A stretch of 64,000 nt of DNA from positions 5,024,001-5,088,000 of the forward strand of contig CAWAIF010000003.1 of assembly GCA_963782055.1 (NCBI GenBank), in the 5' to 3' direction. Source of the stretch: an uncultured delta proteobacterium. GTDB taxonomy: Bacteria > Myxococcota_A > Polyangia > Polyangiales > Polyangiaceae. The notes under the pieces were generated by a model. It did no database searches. It was not told the origin of the DNA and was given only the letters and a program-made list of their open reading frames with translations. Shown in pieces: positions 9,315 to 22,007 of this stretch; positions within the stretch are counted from its first letter, which is position 1; every line of letters begins with the position of its first letter. The translations under genes were made by a program, and so were the position numbers.

Positions 9315-10295
9315 ATGCCGTCGGTGCGCTGCGAAGCCTGTGGTCTTTGCTACTTCGACCACAAGGGACAATGCCCCCGCTGCGGGTCGACCGCCTCGTC
9401 TCCGTCCGATCCTTCCAGGCCGGAGCGCGCGCCGGACGCGCACCCGAAGAGGCGGCTCGTCGTGCCGATCCTCGTCGGCGTCCTGGTGGCGGCCGCAGGG
9501 CCCGTGTCGATCGCCACGATCCGCACGACCTCCTACTCCACGCTGGGATCCCAGGCGCGCGCGATGGGCGTGTGCCTCGGTGTGGGCGCGCTCGTCGCCG
9601 CGGCGCTCGTGGTCTGGTTCACGCGTGCGAGCCGCCGGGGGCTGTTCGTCGCGCCCGCGATCCCGACTGCGCCATACCGGAGCCGGCCCGGTGAAGCGCT
9701 CGAGCGCACCCTCCAGGCGGCCACGCCGGCGCCGCAGGCGGCAGGCGGACTCGCGTTCGAGACGAGCCTCGGCGGGACGCCCACCAGCATGCGCCTCGGA
9801 CCACGGGTCTTTCTCTTCTGTCTGCTGTGCGCATCGGTGACGGCGACCTGCTGGTGTAGCTGGTTCGCGTGGAACGAGCGCGGCGCGAGCCCACGGCACC
9901 TCGACTGCGAGGTCTCGCACATCGGCCCGATCCAGTCCGCCCAGGGCGGGTCCTACGCCGATGTCCGGTTCTCGTGCCCGCTGCCGGACGGCACGACGCT
10001 GGCGGACGAAGCGCCGGCGAACGTGCCGGACGACATCGAGTCGCTCGACTCTCGCGGGGCCACGGTATCCATCGAGGCCATGCAGGGGGCGCACGGCCTC
10101 TGGTACATGAAGGTCGGCCAGTCGCTCCCCGGCGTCCTCGTGTCCGACGCCAAGAAGAAGCGCTCGCTGGAGAGCGTCCTCCACGGCTCGCCGTCGGCGA
10201 AGCTGATCCCGCTGACTCCCGAGCAGCGCCAGGACATGGACAAGGTCTTCGAGAGGGCGCGCGAGCAGCGGGACCGGCAGGGCACCGCGCGCTGA
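9315..10295 (+). CDS. Hypothetical membrane protein with N-terminal zinc ribbon
   Basis: CEACG...CPRCG, then three hydrophobic segments. Confidence 0.6.
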   Translation: MPSVRCEACGLCYFDHKGQCPRCGSTASSPSDPSRPERAPDAHPKRRLVVPILVGVLVAAAGPVSIATIRTTSYSTLGSQARAMGVCLGVGALVAAALVVWFTRASRRGLFVAPAIPTAPYRSRPGEALERTLQAATPAPQAAGGLAFETSLGGTPTSMRLGPRVFLFCLLCASVTATCWCSWFAWNERGASPRHLDCEVSHIGPIQSAQGGSYADVRFSCPLPDGTTLADEAPANVPDDIESLDSRGATVSIEAMQGAHGLWYMKVGQSLPGVLVSDAKKKRSLESVLHGSPSAKLIPLTPEQRQDMDKVFERAREQRDRQGTAR

Positions 10296-10385
10296 GGACG
10301 AGCGCGGCGAGCTCGCCCGTCCGGGAATGGTTCGGGCTTGCGAGGCGTCTTCGGAGCAGGGACGGCCGGAGCGGCCGGGAGGGCG

Positions 10386-10685
10386 ATGGGCAAGGTCGGA
10401 CTTCAGCACATCGCGGGCCGGACGCTGAGTGGCCTCGGGATCGTCGCGCTCGTCGTCTTCGTCGCGCTCGCCGCGTTCGGCGCGCTCGTCGTCTTCCAGA
10501 TCGCGCACGTCGTCGCGCACGGCGACGACGAGACACGCCTGAAGGCCGCGGCCGAAGCCCTGGCCTGTCCGTCCGACGAGATCACGGTCGAGGGATCGCG
10601 CGCGAAGGGCTGCGGCAAGGAGTGCACGCTGGAGACGTACGGCTCCTCCGCGACCTGGTTCAGCTCGTATGTCTGTCGTCGGTGA
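10386..10685 (+). CDS. Small membrane-anchored Cys-containing hypothetical protein
   Basis: TM helix followed by LACPSDEITV...GCG. Confidence 0.55.
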   Translation: MGKVGLQHIAGRTLSGLGIVALVVFVALAAFGALVVFQIAHVVAHGDDETRLKAAAEALACPSDEITVEGSRAKGCGKECTLETYGSSATWFSSYVCRR

Positions 10686-10718
10686 AGTCGGCACGCACGC
10701 GCCATGGCGCGCCGGAAG

Positions 10719-10961
10719 CTACTCGTTCGCGCAGCAGTAGACGACGTAGGTCCGGAAGGGTGAGGGATCCGACAGCTCGGTGCACGCGTGGGAGAGCTCG
10801 TCGGCGCGCTTCGCGCCGGTATTCTCGTCCACCTTGAAGGCGTACGGCTTGCCCTGGACCGTCTTGCATCGGTAGTCGAGATCGCGCGCCCTCGCGGTCG
10901 AGCAACCTGCCGCGAAGAGGGCGGCACACGTCACGGCGAGGCACGTCACGACACCGCGCAT
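10719..10961 (-). CDS. Small Cys-rich lipoprotein (80 aa)
   Basis: Lipobox FAAGC; TGgTATCTT -10 element 6 nt upstream of ATG. Confidence 0.6.
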   Translation of the reverse strand: MRGVVTCLAVTCAALFAAGCSTARARDLDYRCKTVQGKPYAFKVDENTGAKRADELSHACTELSDPSPFRTYVVYCCANE

Positions 10962-11138
10962 TCGCGGAAGATACCACCACGAGCCACGATGCTGTCGCCC
11001 GCGACCCGGGCGTGACCCCGGCGCGGTCCGCCTGCTGGGGCCGTGCACCGAGTCCGCGCGTGGCTGCCACTGCTGTCGGCGGCAAACCGCGGGGCGAAAA
11101 AGGTCGACGAAGAGCAGCGGGCCTGGGTATGCAAGGCC

Positions 11139-11831
11139 ATGTCCAAGGCCGCCACCAAGAGCAAGCCCGCGAAGAAGACGTCGAAGGCGACGGCAGGCAA
11201 GCGTGGGTCGACCGCGAAGTCGAAGCCCGCGAAGTCGAAGCCTGCCTCGAAGACGAGGCCTGCGCGCGACCCGAAGGTGACGTCCAGCAAGAGCGACCCC
11301 AGGGCGGACACCTCCAGGCTCGCCGCGGCGCTCGTGGCCCTCGGCTACGACGAGCACGTTGCGAGGCGAGAAGCCAGGGGTCCTGACGCGCGCCGGACCG
11401 CGGTGCGCGGCGCGGTGCTGCGCCTGCTCTGGAAGCTCGTGATCGACGAGGACGCCAGGGTCGGCGGCGAGCCGCGCTGGATCGAGAGCTGGATGCGCTG
11501 GCCAAGATCGCAAGACGAGCCGCTCGATGGCGTCGCGGCGGCGATCGAGCGCGTGCTCGCGTCCGGCGCCGACCCCGACGACCTCACCGACATCGTGCGC
11601 GCGATGCAGTACGACGTGGTTTGGAACTTCTGCGACCTGCTCGATGGCGAGGGCGTCGCGGAGCTTCGCGAGCGTGTCCCTGGACTGCCGGAGATGAGCT
11701 GGCGCCTGTACGCCGTCGACGAGGACGACGATGGGGAGGCCGCGCCCCTGTGGCCCATCGAGTCCCTTCACGAATCGATCGGCAGCTTCGACCCTGCCGG
11801 ACGCGAAGGCGAGCCGCGCAAGAGGACGTGA
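11139..11831 (+). CDS. Hypothetical protein with Lys/Ala-rich N-terminal tail
   Basis: KSKPAK repeats, then an acidic globular region. Confidence 0.6.
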   Translation: MSKAATKSKPAKKTSKATAGKRGSTAKSKPAKSKPASKTRPARDPKVTSSKSDPRADTSRLAAALVALGYDEHVARREARGPDARRTAVRGAVLRLLWKLVIDEDARVGGEPRWIESWMRWPRSQDEPLDGVAAAIERVLASGADPDDLTDIVRAMQYDVVWNFCDLLDGEGVAELRERVPGLPEMSWRLYAVDEDDDGEAAPLWPIESLHESIGSFDPAGREGEPRKRT

Positions 11832-12025
11832 CCTGGCGTCCGCAGGTCGCCGGCGGCGACGCCGAGTGGCACCGAACGCTCGAGATACCGTTCGGCTTGT
11901 GATGACTGCGGCCACTCCGGCCGCACCCTCCGCGTGCCGTATCGCGCGGCGGTCGGACCCCGGCCGCGCTCCACGTCGTGTGCTCGCGTCGTCGCGACGC
12001 CGGTGGCGCGCGACGCCTCGGGGGC

Positions 12026-12769
12026 TCACGACGCGTCGCTCAAAAACTTTCGCATCAGTGTCTTGCGCTCGCCGGAGTCGAAGACAATCTCGACTTTGTC
12101 GCCATCGGCTCTCACCACGGTGCCCGCGCCGAACTTCGGGTGACGAAGGCGCACGACGGGCGCGGCGCGCGGGCGATCGTCGACGACACGCACGACGAAC
12201 GACTCGTCGATGGCCCGCGCGTCGTTCGCCGCCGCGTCGAGCGCGCGAAGCCAGCGCTCGCTGCGACCGTAGCGCCGGGCGAGCCGCTCGCGGACGAACG
12301 CGGACAGCTTCGTCGGCGGCGACGCGCTCGACGCGTCGACGGCGCGCACGTCCGGGTCGCCTTCGCGCATCGCCTTGCGCGACGTGCAGAGGAGCGTGTC
12401 GAAGCCGAGCATCGCGCCCGGCGCCATCGCCTCTTCTGCGAACGAGCCGACCGCCAGCCACCCGCGCGGCGCGCCGAACTCGCCGGCGCAGTCGCGCGTG
12501 GGCGCCGCGAGCGACGCGATGTGGAGCCCGGTCGCGCGAACCAGCAGCGGGACGCGCAGCACCGCGAGCGTCACGACGTCGAACGGCAGCACCACGTCCA
12601 CATCGCGCTCGATGCCCTGGAGGTACACGAGGCTCGCCTCGCGCGCTTCGGGTGCGAGCTCCGCGCGGCTCTCGGGCACGTGCTCCGAGAGCGCGCGAAG
12701 GAGCCGGAGGACGAGCGCCAGCCCGTCGCTCGGGGGCAGCGGTCCCTCGCGCAGTGGCTCGGCGCTCAC
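12026..12769 (-). CDS. Hypothetical protein with C-terminal PcrA/UvrD-type Tudor-like domain
   Basis: C-terminal RHPKFGAGTVV...VEIVF..GERKTL; GTG start 7 nt after TATGCT. Confidence 0.55.
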   Translation of the reverse strand: MSAEPLREGPLPPSDGLALVLRLLRALSEHVPESRAELAPEAREASLVYLQGIERDVDVVLPFDVVTLAVLRVPLLVRATGLHIASLAAPTRDCAGEFGAPRGWLAVGSFAEEAMAPGAMLGFDTLLCTSRKAMREGDPDVRAVDASSASPPTKLSAFVRERLARRYGRSERWLRALDAAANDARAIDESFVVRVVDDRPRAAPVVRLRHPKFGAGTVVRADGDKVEIVFDSGERKTLMRKFLSDAS

Positions 12770-12950
12770 GCACCCGAGCATACCGCGGGTCGGTTCACCC
12801 GCGAAGCCAGCGCATCACCGCGCGATCGCGCTGGCGTGTCCCGTGCTCATCCTCCTACGACTGGAGCCGATCTCGAGGCGTCCACACGTCTGGGGGATAC
12901 CGGTCGTCGTCAGCATCGGCGTCGCCGGGTCTGGCCTCGGGAGCCCGCGT

Positions 12951-14718
12951 TCAGAGCGCGAGCGGGTGCGGGTAGACGAACGGGACGTATCCAGGCTTCG
13001 GCACGCCGTTGTAGAAGTCTCGATTCTCGACGATGTGGAGCGTCGTGCGATCGGCGCCGCCGTCCGGGACCGTCCCGTACCCCCCGACCACCAGAAAGCC
13101 GCCGACCGTCCCGAGAAAATCGTTACCCCAGGAGTACGTCGGCGAAAGCTCCTGGTTCGTCGTCCTGCCCGTCTGGTCCTTGCACGGGTAGCCCTGCATC
13201 CCCTGAAAGTCACCGTCCACGGCGCCGTCGACGTGCGGCAGGCCATTGCAGAACGAGGCGTTGGCGGTGTCGGCGCCGGCGCCGAAGAAGCCATCGCTGC
13301 TGCGGTAGTTTCTCAGCTGCAGGAACGCGTTGTACGTGCCGTATTGCTGTGTCGCCCCGGGGCCGTTGGAGATCTTGTTGTCGAACACCACGCCCGACCC
13401 GGAGCGCGACTCGCACAGGAGACCGTGCGGATAGTCGGGCTCCGTCTCGCCCGTGGGCGAGCTGTTGACCATCGTGTTGTCGTAGATCTCGTACTGCATG
13501 GTCCCGCGGATGCTGCTGTCGAAGCCATGCCACCCGAGGTTTTGCCCGAACACCTTGCTGTGGCGCAGCACGAGGCGCGCGCCTTCGTAGGCGTCCTCGG
13601 GGCCGTTCGCGGTGTTCGGCATGTCGAACGTGTCGTCCTCGAGGAAGAGAGCGCCCGCCGTTCCGAGGCTCGGCGGCCTCGCCCACGAGTCGTTCGGGTC
13701 GCTCGTGCGCTGCGTCGTGTCTCCGACGATCGCGACCTCGGTCACGGACCCGGCGGTCTTGGACTTGCTGAAGTAGTCGTGATCGATCAGGCCGTACACG
13801 GCGTAGACGTGCATCCCGTAGGTCTGGAGGTTGACGAAGTTCGCGTGATCGACGCGCACGATCGCGCCGACGTCGCCGCCGACCTGCACGGCGCCGGTGC
13901 CGGACTTGGTGTTCTGCGCGCCGTCGAAGGTGAACCCGGTCACGCGGACGGACTTGCCGGCGGGTATCGCGACGGCCAGGGCGTACCCGCCGCTCAGCGT
14001 GTACTGGATCGTCGTGACGTCGACGCCGGCGCCGGCGAGGGTGACGGCCTTGCCCGTCGCCGGCTTGGTGGTCGAGGGTTGCGCCCCGATGGTGACGGCC
14101 TTCGTCCAGGTGCACGTGCCGGCGGGTACCTGGACGGTGTCCCCGTCCTTGGCCTGGTCGAGCGCCGACTGCACGTCGGCCGAGGAGCAGCTCGCCGCCT
14201 GGATGGTGTTGCCCGCGACGAGCCCGGAGAGATCGTAGCCGGATTCGATCCGGGCGGCACTTGAGCGTGCCGGACGCGTATCCCGGGACCATGAGCGTGG
14301 TCATCGAGCCGAGATCCGCGCCGTCGCAGGCCTCGCCCGCCTCCATCACCCCGTTGGCCGACGGGCCGGCCATGGCGGCCTTCGTCTGGAAGAGCGCGTC
14401 GACGACCGTGTCGGCGGCGACGGTGATCGTGCACGTCGGCGACGATCCCGAGCACGCGCCGCCCCAGTTCAAGAAGACCGAGTCGCTGCTCGGCGTGGCG
14501 GTGAGGGTGATCGAGTCGCCGACGGCGAGGCCCGACTGGCTCGCGCGCTTGCAGGTCGTGTCGCAGGAGATCGACCCACCGGTGACGAGGCCGGAGCCCT
14601 CGTACGATTTCTCGAGGGTGACCGTGAGGCCCGATACGCCGCCGTCAGGCGGCGTTGACGAGCCGGAGTTGCCGCAAGCCGCGAGGAGCAGGACCACGAG
14701 GCAGGCCGTTCGCCGCAT
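12951..14718 (-). pseudogene. Secreted lipoprotein (InlB-B-like repeat + Cys-rich-like linker + probable parallel beta-helix), interrupted by a +1 frameshift near 14244
   Basis: Lipobox LLAAC and TLTATP..F.NWGGAC repeat. Removing one base joins GTLKCRPDR to SGYDLSGLVAGNTIQAASC in the 12951-14174 frame. Confidence 0.7.
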
Positions 14719-14857
14719 TCTCCCTCCGTATCACGGTCCCCCGGCGGCCTCTGGTTACTTGTGGTTACATGCCCCAGCGCGCGGGAGGGGTGCACGACCG
14801 AAGCGCAGCGGTCGTGGTGTAGTGAACCCGGGGGGGCACAGCCGATGGAGGTCCGAG

Positions 14858-17800
14858 GTGGCGCAACGGTTCGAGCTGGTCGACGGGAAGTCGTCGAAGT
14901 TCTGGGAGGTGGAGCTCGTGGGGAGCGAGCTGCACGTGGCGTGGGGACGCATCGGCACCCGCGGCCAGTCTCAGGTGAAGCCTTTCGCCGACGAGGCAAC
15001 GGCGAGGGCGGCGCGAGACAAGCTGATCGCGACGAAGAAGGACAAGGGGTACGCGGCGGTGGGGGCCGACACGAAGGACGCCCCCGCGAAGAGCCCCGCA
15101 GCGAAGAGCCCCGCAGCGAAGAGCCCCCCCGCGAAGAGCCCCGCAGCGAAGGGCCCCGCAGCGAAGACCGGGCGTGCCGCTCCGACGAGCCCGGCGCCCG
15201 GGAGTGCCACCAGCGCCGGGCCCATCCCGCAGACGCCAGCAGACGACGCGCGCCCGGCACTGCCGGACGAGGACACGTTCGTCCTGCCGGATGCCTGGGC
15301 CAGACGTGTCCACCCGTGGCGCGGGCGCCGGAGCGACGGCGGCGCGACGACTCTGAACGGCAGCAGTTGCTACCGCAAGCTCCACACGCAATACGTGAAG
15401 ATGCAGCCCAAGGTGCAGGCGGCCTTCGGCAGGAAGACCGGCCGCCCCGACCTGCTCCGACGCATCGACGCGCTGCTCGGCACCACCGAGACGCACGTGC
15501 CGGACGACGTGGAGCTCGAAGCGGCTGCCGCCGTCGTCGTCGCGTACCCGGAGGCCGACAGGCGGAACAAGCCGGCCCACATCGTCGACTACTGGGTCGC
15601 CGCCGCCGGATACGTCTTCGCCACCGACGCGGCGCTCGAAGCGCTCGGCTTCGCGATGAACATCGTCTACGAGCTCGGCCGACCTCCGGAGGTCACCGGC
15701 CCGAAGTGGCGCAAGGAGGATGTCACGGTCCTCGCGCGGCTGCGCGAGCTCCTCGCCCAGGCGGACGAGGCCGACTACCTCGCGGCGCGTGACGCCGCAG
15801 CCGCGCGACGCGCGGGCGGCGACCGCATCGTGCGCGTCGCCACCTCGTACCTCTTTCCCACCGAGCAGGGCTGGGTGGAGGCCGACGTGGACCTGCTCTC
15901 CCAGGGCCGGACGACCGATTCCCGGGAGGTGGCCCTGGTCGCGTCGGTGATGCGCTTCGATCAGCTCGAGCGGCTCGGCGTCATCGCGCAGCCGCGCGGC
16001 ATCGTCGTCCAGACCTACGGTCTGCCCGACTGGCTGCCCTCCGTCGCCGCGGGGCTGGGGGCCGAGGCGGCCCGGGCGTGCAACGTCTGGCTCGACACGG
16101 CGTACGTCGACGCCGCCACGAAGCGTCGTCTGCTCGAATGCCTCGCCTTCATCCCGAGCGACGAGGCGATGGCCTGCCTCATCGATCGGCTCGACGAGCA
16201 ATACGTCCTGCCCGCCCTCACCGAGGCGACCGACCGCTTCCCCCGCCGCGCCCTCCGGCTGCTCGGCGCGCGCACGACCGACGGTGGCAAGGTCCACGAC
16301 AAGGCGCGCTCGCTCCTCGAGGCGGTGGCCCGGAGGTGGCCGCAGGCATTCGACGCCGTCCGCCCGGAGCTGCCCGAGACCGCGATCGCGGCCGTCGACG
16401 CCGCCGCCGAAGCGCACGCGCGAAGGCCCGACGCGCCCGCCGAGCTCCTTCCGAAGGTCCTGGTCTCGCCCGCCTGGACGTCCGGCAAGAAGGCGCCGAA
16501 GGCCGCGACCGTCACGGGCCTCCACGTGCTGCCCTACGAGGCCCGCATGACGTGGGAGGAGGGCGAGGAGGCGGCCTGGGCCAAGCGGCGCGCCTACTAC
16601 ATCCCGCCGGGCATCAAGGAGTGGACCCCGGCGAAGTGGAAGGACATGCACCAGGCGATCCGGACGGGCAAGATGCGGCCCTTCGAGGCGGGCCAGCTCC
16701 TCGTGCTCGGCCCGGAGGACGTGGCGCGCGCAGCGCTGGGCGACTGGGTGCCGGGCGACCCCTGGCACACGAGGCAGTGGATGGCGTCTATCGTGGCGCG
16801 GCACGGGATCGACGCGCTCGCGCCGCTCACGGCCTTCGCCGCAAGCTCGCTCAAGGACGCCGTCCAGTTCTTCGGGCCCTTCGACGCGCCGGCGCTCGCG
16901 CCCTGGGCCGCTCAGGCCCACGCAGGTCTCAAGTCGGCCCGGGCAGACGCCCAGGCGTGGCTCGTTCGCCACCCGGAGGCGGCGACGGTCGGCCTCTTGC
17001 CCGACGCCGTCGGCGGCTGGCCGAGCAAGGCGCGCGACACGGCCGAAGCCGCGCTCCGCTTCCTCGCCCAGCACGGACATCACGACGTGGTGATGGCCGT
17101 CGCCCGGCGCTACGGCGAGCCGGCGGCCGCGGCCGTCGAGCAAACGCTGTCGATGGACCCGCTCGACCTCCTGCCGGCGAAGATGCCCACGATGCCGGCG
17201 TTCTGGAACCCGAGCGCCCTGCCCCCTCCCCTGCTCCACGATCGCTCGCACCAGCTGCCGAACGCGGCCATCGAGCACCTCGGGACGATGCTCGCGATCT
17301 CTCCACCGGGCGAGGCCTATGCGGGCCTCGAGATCGTGAAAGAGGCGTGCGACGGGCCCTCCCTCGCGCGGTTCGCCTGGGCTCTGTTCGAGGCATGGCG
17401 AGCGGCGGGCACGCCGTCCAAGGAGAGCTGGGCCTTCACCGCGCTGGGCGTCCTGGGCGACGACGAGACCGCCCGCTCCCTCGCACCCATCATCCGCAAG
17501 TGGCCCGGCGAAGGAGGGCACGCGCGCGCCGTCATGGGGCTCGACGTGCTCGCCGCCATCGGCTCCGACGTGGCGCTGATGCACCTCTTCGGCATCGCGC
17601 AGCGCGTGAAGTTCAAGGCGCTCAAGGAGCGGGCGCGCGACAAGATCCAGGAGATCGCGCGGGCCCGCGACCTGACGCCGGAGGAGCTCGCCGATCGGCT
17701 GGTGCCGGACCTGGGCCTCGACGAAGGCGGCTCGATGGTCCTCGACTACGGCGAGCGCGCCTTCACGGTGGGCTTCGACGAGCACCTCAAGCCCTTCGTC

Positions 17801-18628
17801 CTGGACGCTTCGGGCAAGCCCCTCAAGGTGCTGCCCAAGCCCGGCAAGCAGGACGACCCGGACAAGGCACCCGCCGCGTACGACGCCTTCGGCGCGTTGA
17901 AGAAGGACGCCCGGACCGTGGCGAAGGACCAGCTCTTGCGTCTCGAGCTGGCGATGTGCGGGCAGCGCCGGTGGCCGGCCTCCCTGTTCCGGCAGTTCTT
18001 CGTCGCCCATCCGCTCCTCATCCACCTCGTGCGGCGTCTCGTGTGGGCGACCTACGACGGCGACGGGCGGGTCGAGGCGACGTTCCGGGTCGTCGAGGAC
18101 AGCTCCTTCGCCGACGCGAACGACGAAGCCTTCACCCTCGACGAGAGCGCGACGGTCGGCATCCCCCACAGGCTCGACCTCGACGGGGCGGTCGCTGCGC
18201 GGTGGGGGGACGTCTTCGGCGACTACGAGATCCTGCAGCCCTTCGTCCAGCTCGGTCGCGACATCCACGCGCCGACGAGCGACGAGAAGAAGGCGACCAG
18301 CATCGCGCGGGTCAGCGGCACCACGATCCCCACCGGCAAGGTCCTCGGCCTCGAGACGCGGGGCTGGCGACGCGGCACGCCGCAGGACGCCGGCATCGTC
18401 GGCTGGGTCGAGAAGGAGCTGCGGGGAGGTCACCGGGCCTACCTCGCGCTCGAGCCGGGCATCTTCACCGGCTACATCGAGGAGTCCCCGGAGCAGAAGC
18501 TGGGCGAGGTGTACGTGGGCTCGGGCGACCATGTGGTCTGGAACCATGAGGGCACGGTGCCGATCGGCGACCTCGACCCGGTCGTCTTCAGCGAGCTGGT
18601 GCGTGACCTGGCGCAGCTCACGGAGTGA
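14858..18628 (+). CDS. WGR-domain + DUF4132 protein (MolR-like)
   Basis: SKFW...WGRIG..GQ WGR motif; C-terminal ELADRLVPDLGLD, RLELAM..QRRW, HPLL..L.RRLVW, QPF.QL.R; GGAGG SD before GTG. Confidence 0.88.
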   Translation: MAQRFELVDGKSSKFWEVELVGSELHVAWGRIGTRGQSQVKPFADEATARAARDKLIATKKDKGYAAVGADTKDAPAKSPAAKSPAAKSPPAKSPAAKGPAAKTGRAAPTSPAPGSATSAGPIPQTPADDARPALPDEDTFVLPDAWARRVHPWRGRRSDGGATTLNGSSCYRKLHTQYVKMQPKVQAAFGRKTGRPDLLRRIDALLGTTETHVPDDVELEAAAAVVVAYPEADRRNKPAHIVDYWVAAAGYVFATDAALEALGFAMNIVYELGRPPEVTGPKWRKEDVTVLARLRELLAQADEADYLAARDAAAARRAGGDRIVRVATSYLFPTEQGWVEADVDLLSQGRTTDSREVALVASVMRFDQLERLGVIAQPRGIVVQTYGLPDWLPSVAAGLGAEAARACNVWLDTAYVDAATKRRLLECLAFIPSDEAMACLIDRLDEQYVLPALTEATDRFPRRALRLLGARTTDGGKVHDKARSLLEAVARRWPQAFDAVRPELPETAIAAVDAAAEAHARRPDAPAELLPKVLVSPAWTSGKKAPKAATVTGLHVLPYEARMTWEEGEEAAWAKRRAYYIPPGIKEWTPAKWKDMHQAIRTGKMRPFEAGQLLVLGPEDVARAALGDWVPGDPWHTRQWMASIVARHGIDALAPLTAFAASSLKDAVQFFGPFDAPALAPWAAQAHAGLKSARADAQAWLVRHPEAATVGLLPDAVGGWPSKARDTAEAALRFLAQHGHHDVVMAVARRYGEPAAAAVEQTLSMDPLDLLPAKMPTMPAFWNPSALPPPLLHDRSHQLPNAAIEHLGTMLAISPPGEAYAGLEIVKEACDGPSLARFAWALFEAWRAAGTPSKESWAFTALGVLGDDETARSLAPIIRKWPGEGGHARAVMGLDVLAAIGSDVALMHLFGIAQRVKFKALKERARDKIQEIARARDLTPEELADRLVPDLGLDEGGSMVLDYGERAFTVGFDEHLKPFVLDASGKPLKVLPKPGKQDDPDKAPAAYDAFGALKKDARTVAKDQLLRLELAMCGQRRWPASLFRQFFVAHPLLIHLVRRLVWATYDGDGRVEATFRVVEDSSFADANDEAFTLDESATVGIPHRLDLDGAVAARWGDVFGDYEILQPFVQLGRDIHAPTSDEKKATSIARVSGTTIPTGKVLGLETRGWRRGTPQDAGIVGWVEKELRGGHRAYLALEPGIFTGYIEESPEQKLGEVYVGSGDHVVWNHEGTVPIGDLDPVVFSELVRDLAQLTE
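15081..15167 (+). repeat. 15-bp coding tandem repeat (AKSPA, about 5.5 copies)
   Basis: gcgaagagccccgca units in the WGR linker. Confidence 0.85.
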
Positions 18629-18747
18629 TCGCGGCGCCACGGTTGTTCGCGCCCGATCGCGCTGGCGTCCCGCCGGTGACGGATAGGCGGCGCGCTTGGT
18701 TAAGCGGGCCCGCCGGCGAGCCGTAGTCCATGCAGGAGGCCACGGCG

Positions 18748-19886
18748 ATGCGGCTCGAGACGCGGATGTACACAAGGGCGGCAGGCTGGTCCGCGCCGCT
18801 GCCCGCCGAGCTGGACTCGGAGGCCACGGTGGTCCTGGCCTTCGGCGCCCCCTCCTTCCGCGACGCCCCGGCGGCCCTGGGCGAGCTGCGCCGCGCGCTG
18901 CCGCGCTCCCGCGCGCTCGGATGCTCCACGGCGGGGGAGATCCTCCAGGACCGCATCCACGACGAGTCGCTGGTGGTCGCGATCGCGCGCTTCGACGCGG
19001 TGCGCGCCCGTACGGCGTCCGCACCCATCGCGCCCGGGAAGGCCTCCTTCGCGGCGGGGCAGGCACTCGCCGGGCAGCTCGCCGCACCTGGCCTGCGCGC
19101 CGTCTTCGTGCTGAGCGAAGGACTTGCAGTCAACGGGAGCGAGCTGGTGCGCGGCCTCCAGGTGGGTCTCCCCGCGGGCACCAGCGTCACCGGGGGTCTC
19201 GCGGCGGACGGGACGAGCTTCGGCCGGACGTGGGTGCTGGACGGAGAGGGTCCCGCGTCTCACCGCGCGGTGGCGCTCGGCCTGTACGGCGACCGCCTGC
19301 TCACCACCCACGGGTCGAAGGGCGGCTGGGACATCTTCGGGCTGGAGCGGCGGGTCACTCGCTCCGCGGGCAACGTGCTCTACGAGCTGGACGGCAAGCC
19401 GGCGCTGGCGCTCTACAAGGACTACCTCGGAGATCGTGCCACGGGCCTGCCCGCCACGGCGTTGCTCTTCCCGCTGGCCGTGCGGGCGCGGACCGGCGAC
19501 GAGAAACATCTCGTGCGCACGGTGCTCGCGGTGGACGAGGAGGAGCAGTCGCTCACCTTCGCCGGGGACATCCCCGAAGGGTGCCTCGCGCAGCTCATGC
19601 GAGCGAACTTCGACCGGCTGATCGACGGGGCGCACGGGGCCGCGAAGCTCGCGCAGGTGCAGGAGGGCGACGGCCCGGTGCTCCTGGTCGCCATCAGCTG
19701 CGTCGGCCGGCGCCTGGTGCTGGGGGAGCGCACCGAAGAAGAGGTGGAGGCCACCCTGGACGTGCTGCCGCGGCCCGCGACGCGGCAGGTCGGCTTCTAC
19801 TCGTACGGGGAGATCTCCCCCTTCGCCGCCGGTGGCTGCGACCTGCACAATCAGACGATGACCCTCACCACCTTCTCGGAGCGCTG

Positions 19887-19887
<1 letters not shown>
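18748..19887 (+). CDS. FIST-domain sensor protein (NosP-like)
   Basis: GCSTAGEI, GGLAAD, LYELDGKPAL..Y, SCVGR and GFYSYGEI motifs. Confidence 0.9.
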
Positions 19888-21935
<2,048 letters not shown>

Positions 21936-22007
21936 AGGCGCTTGCACGCGGGTGGAAGCCGCGCCGCCCCCTTTCCCTGCCGGCGGGGCTCAGGCTAGGC
22001 TCCGCCA

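Noticed and set aside
11828..12025. Small ORFs between convergent genes
   Set aside because: No SD, motif or convincing codon pattern
14230..14260. Programmed ribosomal frameshifting at the two split genes
   Set aside because: No slippery heptamer or long homopolymer at either site; a simple indel is more likely
14261..14857. 199-aa N-terminal extension of the WGR protein
   Set aside because: Antisense to the lipoprotein gene; an SD and GTG sit directly at the WGR domain
15081..15167. Tandem repeats as a CRISPR array
   Set aside because: 15-bp in-frame coding repeats with no spacers or cas genes
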